A stretch of 60,915 nucleotides of DNA, filler included, from Sphacelaria rigidula (lineage: Eukaryota), in the NCBI GenBank assembly GCA_964200075.2. It is 10 parts of 10 records of this genome, joined end to end, with 100 filler letters (N's around TTAATTAATTAA, not from the genome) between each part and the next. Parts side by side here need not be neighbours in the genome. Positions count along the whole stretch, not along the records: positions 18,307 to 24,308 come from CAXNAA020022881.1; positions 24,409 to 30,410 come from CAXNAA020022882.1; positions 30,511 to 36,511 come from CAXNAA020022883.1; 7 more parts are not named here. The stretch is one strand, 5' to 3'. The notes beneath the pieces were generated by a model, which worked only from the letters and a program-made list of their open reading frames with translations, was not told the DNA's origin and made no database searches. Both the position numbers and the translations under genes were made by a program. Of the stretch, positions 22,358 to 35,645 are shown in pieces (within the stretch, counting starts at the first letter, position 1; every line of letters begins with the position of its first letter).

Positions 22358-24858
22358 CAAGTTTGAAAACGGAAAAACGTAGCTTTCTCAATCGAAAACA
22401 TGCACCGGAAAAGATCATAGGGACACTTCAATTTTATCTTGCAGACTACTGCGCCAACTACCACCCATTCATGAACCATGCGAACCCACATGGCTCAATA
22501 TCAGCTTCCAACGCAACCCTGCAGCATGGGTCACTAGTCTAGAGCAGGGTGCATGCACTACAGTAATAGGGAACCGACACTGTCACCCTCTTGGCAAGTT
22601 ATTTTGACTTTTTGTCGGTGGAATCTTGAGTATCTCATTTTGGGGTAGGGCCTGGCGACGGAATTGCGTGGTAGGGTGGGCGACCGAATTGGGTATAACG
22701 TTTATTGATAGTAGAGGCAGTACAAAACTGCACGTTGTTCGAATCTTACTCAATCATACCGTACGAAATAAACACACGCGCTGTGCAAGTCCCGCTTCAC
22801 AAATTCCATAGTCTGTTTTCGATCGAAAGCTTGCAAATTCGCTCGAACCCAAACCACGCAAAACGAACGAATTCGATCGAATCAATTCCGCCGCACTGAT
22901 TCGTTCGATGGCGAAAAAGAAAAATGATGAGGCACGGCCTCACTGCATGTTTGAGGGCTAGGGACCAGGAAAAGGTACGGTATAGGCGGTTAACCCTTGG
23001 ACAGCGACCCCCCCGCTGGAAGACTGAGGTAGATAGACACTCCACTTTTTGGGTTCAGAGTCATTCCTTTGTCAGAACTCAACACGCCTACTCTACGGCG
23101 GAAGGGACCGGGAGTGAATAAGAGGCACATAGTTGTGAGAGTCATAACACAGACGGTGGTATGGTTGTCGACCACCTGATTATTACGCCTCATATTTTTG
23201 CTTTGCACTCTATAGTGCATCGTGCCGCGGCTGCACGTGCGGTTTGCAGCGTACTGCATCTTACAGTGTTGAACATGCCGAGTGTTCGCAGCGTGCGTTC
23301 GGATATCGCACCATGACTACCGCCGCGAACGCCCCTGACTACCGTAGAGCACTTGCTCGGCGATGGCGGTCGCCTCATCGTCGAAGTATTTGTCTACATC
23401 CACGTGCGTTGGATACTCGTGGCCGCCGCTCGCGTGTTGCGCCATGACGTTTTATATCAGATTGAGGTGTGAAGCTAGTAGTGTTTGTTGGTTATATAAT
23501 CTATGGTTGATTTGGCATGATCAAGAGGAGATTTGAGGGTAGACGGCGAAGGTGTCTACCAGCTGTTTCATTTGCCGGAACCAAAGCGTTCATTTTGACG
23601 GCCGTGATTGGTCAGAATGATCATCCCGCGCCTCTCGGGCCTCGTGCACGGCTCATAATTTTCCGCAGGAAACTTCCAAACACACATGGGTGATCCCGTG
23701 AGCTTCTCCGATGCTCCGCGGAGAGACACCCCCCCGTGCTCCGTCTCGTAGGGGATGTGTGGTCAATGGTGAAACGGCTAAGGCAAGCAACAAATGAGTA
23801 CGCCCCCCCAGAGCTGTCAACGCCCCCCCGAGCTGTCAGCCTGGTCTGGCGAAAACCCGGCGTGCTCCGTCCCAGCTTTGTAGGGGTGGACCCCCGAAGG
23901 GGTTGGCGTCGGTTGGCAATGACGCTATGAAATACGCCACTCACTACAGGTGCTAGGCGACCAGGTTACCGTTTTGTTTTGCGCGCTTTCGTTTTTTTGC
24001 GGTAACCATGATGGTGATCAAGCTAGATCATGTTGTGCGGCGTGGGAAAACCTCAACTCCGCACAATGGGGATGATCGTACCACGTAATACTTAAATGGT
24101 GAGGCACCCATGAGGCAGTGTATCAGACGCGGCTGTCTCAGGGAGTGGCGATACCAGATAATAAAGCAACTCATCGCAGGCTGTCATCCAAATGCAAGAT
24201 ATTCAGTAGGCTTCGGGTCGAACAATCTTACTAGGATGCAACTCACCCCTCACGCGACTCACCGAACACACCACAGCGCTTCGCGCTTGGTGATTGAGTG
24301 CGAGCCTGNNNNNNNNNNNNNNNNNNNNNNNNNNNNNNNNNNNNNNNNNNNNTTAATTAATTAANNNNNNNNNNNNNNNNNNNNNNNNNNNNNNNNNNNN
24401 NNNNNNNNAAGGGATGCGTGGTCAATGGTCACACGACTAAGGCAAGCAACAAATGAGTACGCCCCCCCCCCCCAATCGTAGGATGACTTTTGAAGAGAGC
24501 AAAGAAAGCAATTTTGGATCCATCGCTCTTGCTTCCCCCGTCCCCCGCCCCTTCAAGGTCATCCCGCTATGACATTGTTGAATGATTTCTTGTTCACTGC
24601 ATGTACACCTTATTCACAGTATGTTCGATCCATACGGAACAGAGGATCCTATGCAGTATACACACTAGACACCAAGAACAGTGGAGATGACGAATTATTT
24701 GATATGTTGTCCCCGTATGCGGACGCTGGTGAATGTTTGGCCCCCCTGCTGCCCCATATTTTTTCACCCCTCCCCCCCTCCCTCCATCTTTTCAACCAAC
24801 CTCCTGACACACATCACTACACTCTTTCCACTGACCAACTCCCCGACGCTTGCCGCAG

Positions 24859-25065
24859 TCACTGCACACGGCAAAAACGGGGCGGCCAGTCACAGTGCCG
24901 GGCATTGAATGGCCGTCCTGTACCGGACGTGCCTGGGGCGAAAATGCTTCGTCCGGTGCCTTGAAGCTGGCGGCCGCGGCTTCAGCGACGGGACCATTAT
25001 CATCAGCAGCATCAGCGTCGCAGTCACCGGTGTTAGCTGTCACTATCAACGCCCGGCCCAATCAG
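24859..25065 (+). CDS. Pentatricopeptide repeat (PPR) protein, internal exon
   Basis: CAG acceptor and CAG|GTGAG donor. Ends ...INARPNQ and splices in phase 0 to VSFATVV, giving a typical PPR junction. The 5' boundary is less certain. Confidence 0.6.
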
Positions 25066-25409
25066 GTGAGTTCGAAAGTGGCGCTTTCACGTGCCCTCCA
25101 TTTCGCGTCTAGCATAGGTGCTTCTTCCTACGGGTAGGATTCGACGAAAATATCAGGTAGGTCGAGGCGACCTAAAGTTTTTGTCGTACATCTATGCTTT
25201 TTTTTTTACGAACAAACAAACAAAAACGCTAAACCCTAACCCTAACCCCGACTCAAGGCGTCCAGTACCGCCGGGCAAGCGGAGTGCATGCGATTTCGCC
25301 AAGAACACATTTTGGACGAGCTGGGTCTACTGCTCACCTGCCTCAAACAATATTTTTTCCCAGAACTTTCTCAAGTCTGAAATCAAGTAGTCATGTTTTC
25401 AGGAGGGTT

Positions 25410-26200
25410 CTTATCAGAAGTGATTGTCACTCTTCGAGAAACCACTTTTGTGAAAAGCGACCGATGATTGGTTGCTGAGATACCACCTTCGACCCACCCC
25501 CTCCTCCGATAAGTGCCAAATAATCACTTTTGCAAAAGTGATTTTGTGACACCTCGAGCGGGAACATAAAACATCCCGTTGGCAGGGGCATAACCGAAGT
25601 CTTGACAGACAAGTCAAGACAATCAAACGTGAACCTGAGGATCACATTGACCTCCGAAAGCAAAACACACCGCTCTTTTCATTGCTGCTCATCAGCTGAG
25701 CATGCTGTGCGTGACCTTGCTCATATCGGTTCAGAATTCAGTGAGAAATCATGATTTGCGTGAGACGCGCGTACAGCACACGCTCAAAAACACTCAGCAA
25801 CAGCACGTTTTCGGTTGCTTTTTGACATGCACGCGGCCGCCTTTTATCCACTACTGGACGGATTTCCGTCAAACGAAGGCTGTCGTGTGTAGATGATGAA
25901 GAGCTAGCGCCTGAGCTAATGCGTGTGAGTGGTGGGTGTCTATCCGTCGGTTTTCGTGGCTAGGTGTGTTGGCGCTGTGCTGCCTCTTTGCGTCTCGTCC
26001 GCAGCAGTACAGAGATATTGAACTAGCGGCCACTTTCAGAACCGCCGCATTTTTTACCTGTGCGNNNNNNNNNNCTGTGCGCAGATCTGGGCTTCGATCT
26101 GGACAAAACTGCTTGTCGATAGGACGCAGCACTGGTCGTTGTGGGGGCAATCACTTCTCCAGAAGTGATTTTTTGAAAAGTGACAATCACTTCTGATAAG
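25410..26200. mobile_element. TIR-bounded non-autonomous element in a PPR intron
   Basis: Perfect 22-bp inverted repeat CTTATCAGAAGTGATTGTCACT / AGTGACAATCACTTCTGATAAG, with internal AATCACTT..AAGTGATT subrepeats. No clear TSD. Confidence 0.65.
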
Positions 26201-27111
26201 GCCCCGCCTCAGATATAGATACACGACCAAAGCTTTAGGTCTACTGGGTGGACCTGAGCCTGAGGACATTCTCCGTGAGAGTTTCCCACGCCGAACAACA
26301 TATACTACACCGCCAAAAAAATGTTTGCGTACAGTATGGAATTTAGGGTCTATTGCAGTATAGACGCGATCGTCGATACTGTGCGTACGCAGTACGATGT
26401 TTGACAATGTAATCTTTTGTCGTTATCCTGGGTGTGGAGAACTTGTGTGCGCCTCAACTTGGTTATATTTTGGCGTAGGCGTGGTGTTTTATTTCTGGTG
26501 GGATACCCGTGCATGCCTTCGCACCACTCGTGAGTTGAGTACAATGACCATGCTTGTTGTACGTTTCGGCTTCGAACGTTCGGCAGTTTTTTCCTTTTCT
26601 GTCCTGTGTGGTTATTCTGATATAAAGATGTCCTCCGGTTCTTTTATTCTTTTACATAAAATCCCGAAAGGGTTTTCCGTAATGAGGTGATGGCGTTTGT
26701 GTAAATTTCGTGGACGACGCTTGTATATATATATTTGTCTCTCGCGTTTTACATTTTGGTTTATTACGTTTCTGTTTCTTGTTTTATTTTTGCGCTTGCC
26801 TGTGGAATGTACGTTTGCAGTGTGTAATCTTTTTATTCTCCCTTTTTCTTGTATAGCTGTTTTGATGGCCGTCTGGTGCATGCTTGTTCCCCGTGCTTTC
26901 TATCTGTCTGTTTTCATACTTGAAGGAATGCTTTTTCCTTTGATTTGTCTGTTCTCACACTTCATGGGATTTCCCCCCTCGAATCTCATGTGATTTCTCC
27001 TTTCCTGTCAGTTTCGTTCGCTCTCTCCTGTTCGAATATGTGTACGTAAACACACTCCATTCCCGACGTATGCCTGTTTCCCGTCATTTATATTTGACTG
27101 TCGTCTGGAAG

Positions 27112-27228
27112 GTCTCTTTTGCGACCGTCGTGCAAGGTCTGGCGAGGAGAGGAGATGCCCCAGCCGGGCGAAAAGCCATCTCCCTCTACGAGCGCATGCG
27201 CTGGGACCTCGACTTGATCCCCGATGAG
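27112..27228 (+). CDS. PPR protein, internal exon (one PPR motif)
   Basis: VSFATVVQGLARRGDAPAGRKAISLYERMRWDLDLIPDE; 117 bp, AG acceptor, GAG|GTAAG donor. Confidence 0.8.
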
Positions 27229-27299
27229 GTAAGCGGTTAATCGATTGTCGCGTACTAATTGACTCGCCATCTTTTATTTATTTATTTATTCGTCGCACC

Positions 27300-27587
27300 T
27301 TGAAATTCCTTTACTTCCTCGGGACGAGTCCGTGGTCTCAAGGGATCAACGCTTCTCTCCCCGTTACACGCCTTGCATTTTCATCTCGCGGATGAGGTCA
27401 GCACTTCCGCACCTCGTACAACTCACGTCAAACAAATCCAGTCAACTAGTCTGTTTACTCACGTTCTCACGCTTTCCACGGTGAAAATCAGATACCTCGA
27501 AGAAAAAACCCAACGCATCGGGAATCGAACCCTCGTTCTCTCCACCCCAATGGCGACGGTCACACCATTACACCACCGGGGCGCGAC
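27300..27587 (-). mobile_element. tRNA-derived SINE, family A
   Basis: Minus strand GCGCCCCGGTGGTGTAATGG (A box) ... GGTTCGATTCCC (B box), followed by the shared body. Confidence 0.8.
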
Positions 27588-28419
27588 CCCATGTATACAG
27601 CTGTAGTCAGCCATGAGATAGATGTTCGTACCTAGGGTGAAGCAAAGGGAAGAATCGCTATAGGCAGGCCGGGAAAAGGGGTAGAGGAGGATGCAGAAAT
27701 TAGAAGAAATAAAAAGGACGTAGATAAGATTGGCTGATGTAGACGCCAGACGGAGAACTAGCCCTGGTTCTTGGAAACGCCTCGATCGCATATGGAGTCG
27801 TACGTGCCAAAAGAACAGATCACCATGAAATGTCGAGTGAGCACTTGGACGCTAGAATCTCTTCGCCTGAACCGAAGAGGTCGTTTCGCGCAGCCGCGTT
27901 TACTTGAGTACACGCGCTGCAAATGCGATGTGCGCCCTAATGAGTTGAAGCCGTCGGTACTAGGGGATGGAACAGGACGATATCTAGATCTCGTACGCGC
28001 TGAGCTGTGGCATATTTGATCCATAAAAGAGAGGAACATTTTGAAAAATAGAGCATCCTGAAGAATAGAACGTTCTCGAGAATAAAACTTACGGAACGAT
28101 ATAACGATCTGCCACCGCTCCTGGTGAGGTGAGTCAAGTCACGAGTATCACCACAGAACCGATTGATGCAAGCTGTTGAGTGAGTCCTTGTTATTACTAG
28201 TGTCACGCTCCATCTCCGTATATTCGAGGACACGTGCTCGGAACTCGGTCTGCTGCTCTTGCGGTTCACTCAACTCGAGCACGACAACCTTGGAATACTA
28301 CAAAATGTTTTTCTTACATTCATATTATTTATCAGTGTTTTTTTTTTTTTCACAACTTGTATCGCGTCTGTTATTCATTTCCGGGTCCGTTTTTATCTTT
28401 GACTTTCTTCAACGTATAT

Positions 28420-28573
28420 CGGGGGTTAGCATGTGACCACGGAAGGCGTCCGCATCAGATGCCCAGTACAGAGTTCTGCGCAGATATCGGAACTGTTTTT
28501 AATGTGAAGACAACAACAACAGCAGCAGCAGCAACAAGAACGATAACAACAACAACAACGACAACAACAACAA
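28420..28573 (+). mobile_element. 3' end of the same (CAA)n-tailed retroposon, inside a PPR gene intron
   Basis: Closely matches 9430-9562 and ends in a CAA/CAG microsatellite tail. Confidence 0.7.
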
Positions 28574-29916
28574 GTCTGTTCACTACCCACTCATCACTTC
28601 TGATATACTCAAGTTGAACGAGATACACTACTGTTGCTACCTCGGTGGATACCTGAAGAGGTACACTCGTCGCAGGCTCCATCAAGCAGAATAATGTTTC
28701 ACATGTCGGACAAGTCATGAGGAACCTGACATTACGGGTAGAAGAGGGCTCTCAGATCTTTTGTCCGCGCACACAGCATACGTTTCAGCGGGGTCCGAGA
28801 AGCCGCAGCGCTACCTTCTGCGCTACTTGGCGTGCTCGGCATCCAGCGCTGTGGGCAGCAAGTATGAAAAAGGGCGTCAAACGAGCGCAAGGTCATGATC
28901 CGGATCAGTACCCTATTAGTAATTGATATCTCGGTAGCTCATGGGCTGTCCGACGTGTGTAATGTTTCTTGTAAATTGTTCAGAAATGCACTCTGTAGCA
29001 ACGTATTTTGATCTCACCATCGTAGAACGTGATTGCTTGGTTCTGTTCACTCGGAAACACTCAGTTGACGTATGGTCTCACAAGAGGAACACAAAATGGG
29101 AGGAAGCAGGCTGCTCGGCTCTCCCGTGACACGGGCGCTTTTTTCGATGGGGAGTGCGACTTCATAACTGACCGCATCGGACATTCACTAAAAGTACAAT
29201 GCTCGCATGTGTGTGTATAGCTTAGCAAAAACGTGTCTGTTCGATCCACATTCAACAGTGGCAATACCGTCGGTCTGAACATGGTAACACGCCATGTCTA
29301 GAGCTGGTACCCCGCGCGTGTATGTCAAAAGCCGTGCTTGATATCTGGCGATATCACGGGAGAAGCGTGGAACAGAAGAGAGAGGAACAACCTCCCCTTT
29401 CCCCTTACCGAGCACAGCACAGGTCGTACGGTTAAGATCAAGGCACTGATTCCGACCGGCAGTTGGGAATACGTCTCACTATTCTTGTAACGATGAACCG
29501 CTGCTGTCGTCCCATGTACGTGCCGGGAATGTGTCGACCCACGAAGCACGATGGATGAAATTGTTTCAGGATGCCGTCACCGCCTAGGTGACTGACTACT
29601 CGCCGACGCATTTACTATACGCGACGAGTGTGTGCAGAATGTATCACCGGTTCTGGCGAAAGGACAACGTTGGCGGATTGATGTGCTGCATGCCGTGTGA
29701 AGAGCATAGGCTGATTCACTCTCTTTCTGCACCAGCTGTTGGCACCTTTTGTCGTGTTTGCTGCGTGCGGGAGGCGCTTTCTCGTGCCGAATAACATGAA
29801 CTATTTCACTGTGAAAACTTACCCGACGTCTCTCTTGCGTGCTTGTCTCTGCCCCCGTTTTTATTTTTATTTTTGCGCTGGCTCCAAAACATCCGCTTGC
29901 ACGATGATGACCGCAG

Positions 29917-30057
29917 GGTATGATCGACGGGCTAATGTCGGCTTGCTGTAACGCCCAAGCCGGCGAAGCAAGGGGGGTCAGCGACGGGACACAACAGGCT
30001 CTGTATCGCGGGACAGACGCGCTACGCGAGCTCTTGATCATGGGCTGGGACGAGGAG
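29917..30057 (+). CDS. PPR protein, next exon
   Basis: CAG|GMIDGLMSACCNAQ...ALRELLIMGWDEE|GTGAG; 141 bp, phase 0, continues the PDE junction. Confidence 0.72.
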
Positions 30058-30322
30058 GTGAGTTTTGCGCAGATGCTTGGTTGTGGGTGCCGTATCCTGG
30101 GGTCCCTTGTATTCCGAGGATATACACGTCGCACAGCTCATGAGCGGACTTGAACAACTATTCTAAGAGGGCTCTCAGACCAGTTGTCGAGCAAAACATT
30201 AGTTACAGCACGATCCGAGAAGTTAAAGCGCCACGTTTGCAACACCCCGACCGCGCTGAAGCACGTGCCGGAAGAGCGGCAATGGAACTGAAGCGTTTAT
30301 TTTTTGTGACTGTACCCTGGGG

Positions 30323-30354
<32 letters not shown>

Positions 30355-30510
30355 ACGAACAGCCTAAAAACGGTGCACGGCTATCAAGACGCGGAGCATG
30401 AAAAAGGAGCNNNNNNNNNNNNNNNNNNNNNNNNNNNNNNNNNNNNNNNNNNNNTTAATTAATTAANNNNNNNNNNNNNNNNNNNNNNNNNNNNNNNNNN
30501 NNNNNNNNNN

Positions 30511-30950
30511 CGTACTCATTTGTTGCTTGCCTTGGTCGTTTGACCATTGACCACGCATCCCTTTTGAGACGGAGCAAAGGGGAAGGGGGGGGGGAGGGGA
30601 GTGCACTCATAATCTCGCATGCCATAGTCATATGACCGTTGACCTCGCATTTCTACAAACCCGGCACGCTGGGTTCTCGCCGGATCAGGCTTGCACTCAA
30701 TCACCAACCGCGAAGCGCCGTGATGTGTTCGGCGAGTCGCATGAAGGATGAGCTGCATCTTGCTAAGATTGTTCGGCCCGAAGCGTACTGATTATCTTGC
30801 ATTTGGATGACAGCCTCCGATGAGTTGCTTCACTTTCTGGTATCGCCACAGACAGCCATGGCTTACGCACTGCCTCATGGGTATCTCACCGTATAAACAC
30901 CACGCATTATGAGCATCTCCTTTGCGCAGAATTGAGATTTTCCGACCTCC
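30511..30950 (-). mobile_element. High-copy dispersed element ending ...GCAACAAATGAGTACG; longest copy in the window
   Basis: Matching pieces at 5853-6002, 11655-11722, 12276-12385, 23737-23802, 24030-24308, 24409-24461, 38042-38130 and 42795-43020. Confidence 0.8.
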
Positions 30951-31374
30951 CACAAGGGGAGCGGGGGCAGTTGGCACCTGGCGGTAGATGGGTACTATTT
31001 ACTTGATTTTAGTGTAGTTATGTATCAACTACGTGATCTTAATATATATTTCAATAACTGCTTGCTTTTAGTGTTGATCCCCAATCACTTGATTCTAGTA
31101 AGAAGATTTAATTACTTGATTTTAGATTGCGGACGCTGGAGCAAGACCATTCAACGAGATGTGGCGAGGCCTCCGAATACTATACACTCTTTTCAGCTTT
31201 GTAAGACAATCGTCATTCATCAATAGTACAATTTCAAAGCTTGAGTGTTTCACACTCCGTTGAAATTTCTAGTCGAAACACTATATTCCGTATATAAGTT
31301 GGAAATTTGAATATGGAGCTATTTCGGGACAATATCCACGAAAACTGGAATGCCCCGCCAAATTTTACGAGTTC

Positions 31375-31852
31375 GGCCACTTTTTATAGTCGGAAAAAAG
31401 ACTCTCGGAAAAATGCCTTTTATGAGCGATTCATCACAGATTATTGGCGGACGACGGGTCTTGGATTGGGCCTCCTCGGCAAGATCTGTGATACTTTCCA
31501 AGAGGATTCTAGCGCACTTTCCCCCTCTTTCGTGCGCCCAGTTGTACTCTCGGCCGTAGTACTGCTTTTTACGAACAGCCCCACATCTCTTCGGATGCCA
31601 GAATACAGATCGTCTGTTTTCCGAATCTCGAGGACCTGTGGAGCTGTTGTTGAAGAAAAACTGTTCTCCGGCCAAAGATAAAAGTGGACGCACGAAATAT
31701 CGAAAAAATGCACCAAAATCTTCAAGGAAAGTGTAGCAAATGTTTCGGAGGAGATCCAATCCTGCAATATCCGTATGATGTCAAAAATTTGCGATGAATC
31801 GCTCACGAGGGGAAATTTTCCGATTTTTTTTTCCCCGACAAAAAAAGCGGCC
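31375..31852. repeat. Diverged foldback / MITE-like inverted repeat
   Basis: TGAGCGATTCATC (near 31423) vs GATGAATCGCTCA (near 31793), with neighbouring arms complementary. Ends uncertain. Confidence 0.55.
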
Positions 31853-34239
31853 TCAGGAGCCGAAATCTGATAAGGCTTCTACGAGCTGGTCCAGCCTAGA
31901 AACGGGTTCAAGCTCTCAAAGCAAAAATCTCATCGACACAGACGAGTTGGTGCGTGATATGCATATCGTATTAATCTTCTATTCAAGGAGAAGGTGTACA
32001 TCCGCTCAAAAGTCTGGGCCAGTTTTTTGTCGTCGATTGAACGCCATGTCTAGCAATTCCTAGGCCGTGCGAGCTGGGCTAGCTGACTGATTCCTGAATG
32101 TTTTCGCGTCCGGCGACGCTAAATTTGAGTTAGGCACTGAAATATTTTGACGCGACATGTGTATCATCAACACGCGAAAAATCTCGGGATACCAAGAATT
32201 ACAAAAAAAGTTAGAGCTATTTGAAACTTTACCTCAAACTGGGAAAAATGACGTAGTTCCGTGAAAAAAACGAAAAACGGCGGCATCCCCAGAATTTTGG
32301 TACGAACTTGCGTGCAAAGATCCCGGTGAAAAATCGGCCTAAAACGCCAGAAATTCGGCCCAGCCTGGCACTTTTTTGTGCGACACCGCTGCGCCCCTGT
32401 AATCCAAGTGATACCGGAGACTTCACTTATGGAGGTCACGATTTCGAATCCCGACATACCCTCCTTTTTTTGTTGCGTCGTTAAGGTCATAAGTTATGCA
32501 GTACATTATCTGTCATTTTTTTTAATTGTTCTAGCGGCAGAGCGTGCATGACCAGGTTGGTCTGCAGTTCACAGCGATATCACATATGCTCAAATCGGGC
32601 TGATTCGGCAAACTTGACAAGGTGTTGTGCGATGTGCGTTTGTACCTTTTACGGCTGGCTCAGCTGGTACGGAGATGGTGTGCATACTAAAGTCTATATG
32701 AAACCCCGAACAAAATATGCTGCGGATGATGACGCTTAATATTCCTATTTTTTCCTTGACGGAAGGAGGAAAGCCAACCAACACTTACCCCGCAAGCGAG
32801 TTTCGCAAGCGAATTCGTGTACCGATTACCCGAAAGCTCGGCTAAACCACCTCGCGGCAGCCATGTGGGGAAAGCGCCTCGAGCGGTGGCTCAAAGCAGT
32901 GTGGGGGATGCTTCCACTAGAATCCCCGATCAACTTGGCGCAGTGCACGCGCCACCCTGTTCTCCGGAGACTCGGCCCAAGGATGACGACGCTTTTTGGT
33001 GTGGTGGGTATTCCCTGGAGTACGGGGAAACGATCGGTACCCTCACCTTCACTTGATTCGTTATCTATATCTCGAGATATGGTGCACGCAATATTGTATA
33101 CTAAAATCAATATACTTCGAGTAGAGGCACTGGATGCGCTAGGCCTGGATTTCGCGTCTCAGTTCTCGAAAGTTGTGCTTTCAAATTTGGTATGGAGAAT
33201 AGCAAGTGCATAATACCAAAAAACAACCTTATTATTTTTATTTAATATATTTGCTTCGTTTTTTTCGGGGAGTTTTGAGGGAAAATGGACATTGTTCTGG
33301 GACTTCATCTCACTTTTTTTAGCTCGATTTTAAAACTGTGATTTGAAACTTAGCATGAAGAACCGCAGCGGCATGCATACTGAAAATAAAAAAGTAGACC
33401 TGCATTTGTTTTAGAAAGAGTTAAGGGTGTTCTCGTGAAAAAATGGTCTTTACTATATACTATAAAGTCCCTACCTCATGAAAGAAATAAAAAGTCAACC
33501 TGTCCCATTTTTTGTTTCATTATGCCCTAGTAGGGTACTGCTAAAGTATTCGATAGTAGAGCAAGCCACACCCCAAGGCGGATGAGATTATGGCAAGCCC
33601 GTCCTGTGATCAACTCGTTGTATCAAAGTGTGGGTTCTTTGTCTTTCGATCAACTGGCCGTTTGGGGAAATCACACAGCCCAAGGCTAGAGAACAAGTAA
33701 CAATTGTGGAGGAAGGTAAAGGTGCAGCACAAGAGACTCACGTCAATGCTGTGGCTCGCGACACCGTAGGCAGGGAGACCAGTGGTGGTTGGTGATCGTA
33801 AAAAGCTCTTCTTATACCCAATAGATGCTTGCAGACTGCGGTCGGTGTGTCGAGTGACCTCGGTAGGCGAGGTACAACAGCTGGGGAAAGCTATTCTGTC
33901 AGTACGTCCTCCTGCCCCGCTTACAACCTTATCATAATACAAAATCACCGTGACGCGCCGTGCCTTTAGCCAATCAAAGCTGTAGTAGCAGCAGGTACAC
34001 GCGGCTAATCGGGTACAATCTTGTACCCCGCTTCAAGCAGCTGCGTCAACGAATAAAAACAATCCAAATCCTGCCTTATACAACACACATTCGACAAGAA
34101 TCTTTCCATACCCGCCGGTCGTTTCTGGGGACCATCTGCAAATCCCAGAGGACTAGTTTAATTCAGGCACTCAGTATTTTACCATCACACTTGCAGCAGA
34201 GAAATGGGTTTTTTTTCAAGCCATTTTTTTGTTTTTTCA

Positions 34240-35645
34240 GGCCGCTCCTTCCAGCCAACAAGAACAAAACCCCGTAAAAATGGTCCTCTGGTCCTTCCTC
34301 TTCGTTATACGTCCTGAAAGCGAGCTAGGTGGAGGTTGACACCTTGGAATGACTTTCTCTACTCGTTGAGACGATTTCCGGACATCTTCGCTTTGTCTGA
34401 TGGCCGCCGTTTTTCTTTCGACCATACTTACATTCTCGTTCAAGAACGCTTAAGCCTACTTTTGAAATCTCATGTATAAAAATCAAAACTTGTTGAAAAG
34501 TGTATTTTCGGCGCTACTCCGTCGTTTTTTCCCCGAAAAGACGGCTACGCGGATGTTAGCACCTCGGAACGACTTGCTCTACTCGCTGAGACCGTTCTAG
34601 AGCACCTTTGCAATTTCCGTAGGTCACAATTTCGTTTTTGGCCAAACTTGCATTTTCTATAACAAGCGGTCAAGTTATAAAAAAAACAGGGGGAAACTGC
34701 CATTCATTTCATAACATGACTGTTGGTTATTGAAAATGAAAATTTGGCCAAAAACGAAACTGTGACCTACGGAAAACGCAACGGTGCTCTGGAACGGTCT
34801 CAGCGAGTAGAGCAAGTGATTCCAAGGTCTCAACAGCCGCCTAGCCCTCTTTTCGGGGGGAAAACGGGGAAAACGGAGAAGGCCAATAATGCACTTTTCA
34901 ACAAGTTTTATTTTTACATATATATACAAGAAGTAGCCAAAGAACGGTCGAATCTAGAAAAACTACCATTTTTTCTCTAGACTTGACCGTCTCTGGACCA
35001 AAATGCTTATTTGGCCAGAATTCAAACTGCGGCCACCACAAAACGCGAAGATCTCCTGGAGCCGCCCCAACGAGTAGAACAAGTCATTCCAGACTGTCAA
35101 ACTCGGCCTAGCTCTCTTTTAGGGCGTAAAACGACGAAGAAGGACCAAAAAAGCATTTTTACAAGACTTTTTTCGTTTACAATAAGGCCGCTCCTTATAG
35201 TAGACAACAATAAAAATCTCGGAAAGTGCCTTCTTGGAGCTTTTACGTTGTTTTACGCCCTCAAATAGAGCTATGCGGATTTTGACACCTCAGAATGCCT
35301 TGCGATACTCGTTAAGACGGTTGCAGCACAACCGTGCGTTTTTCCGGTGGCATCAGCTCTTTTCTTGCCCAACTTTCCATTTTTCTCGGAGATCGCTCAT
35401 TTTTCTCGGAGAACGGCAAAGTCCACAAAAAAGTCGCGAGGGTTTGGTGGACTTGACCGGTCTGCGAGAAAAGTGAGCGATCTCCGAGAAAAATGCAAGA
35501 TTGGGCTAAAAAACAGCTGCGGCCACTGGAAAAACGCACAGGTGTGCTGGAACTGTCTCAAGGAGTACAGCAAGACATCCCAAGGTGTCAAAATCCGCCC
35601 AACTCTCTTTTTGAGCGCAAAACGACGCTCCAAAAATGCATTTTG
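34240..35645. repeat. Array of six ~180-bp modules in mixed orientation
   Basis: Core resembling ACACCTTGGAATGACTTGCTCTACTCG(C/T)TGAGACCGT near 34340(+), 34560(+), 34800(-), 35070(-), 35285(+), 35560(-). Confidence 0.8.

Noticed and set aside
24621..24728. Additional upstream PPR exon
   Set aside because: Splice signals are plausible, but the fully open frame ends in phase 1, incompatible with the phase-0 start of the next exon.
25229..25249. CTAAACCCTAACCCTAACCC as a telomere
   Set aside because: Only about three units, internal to an intron.
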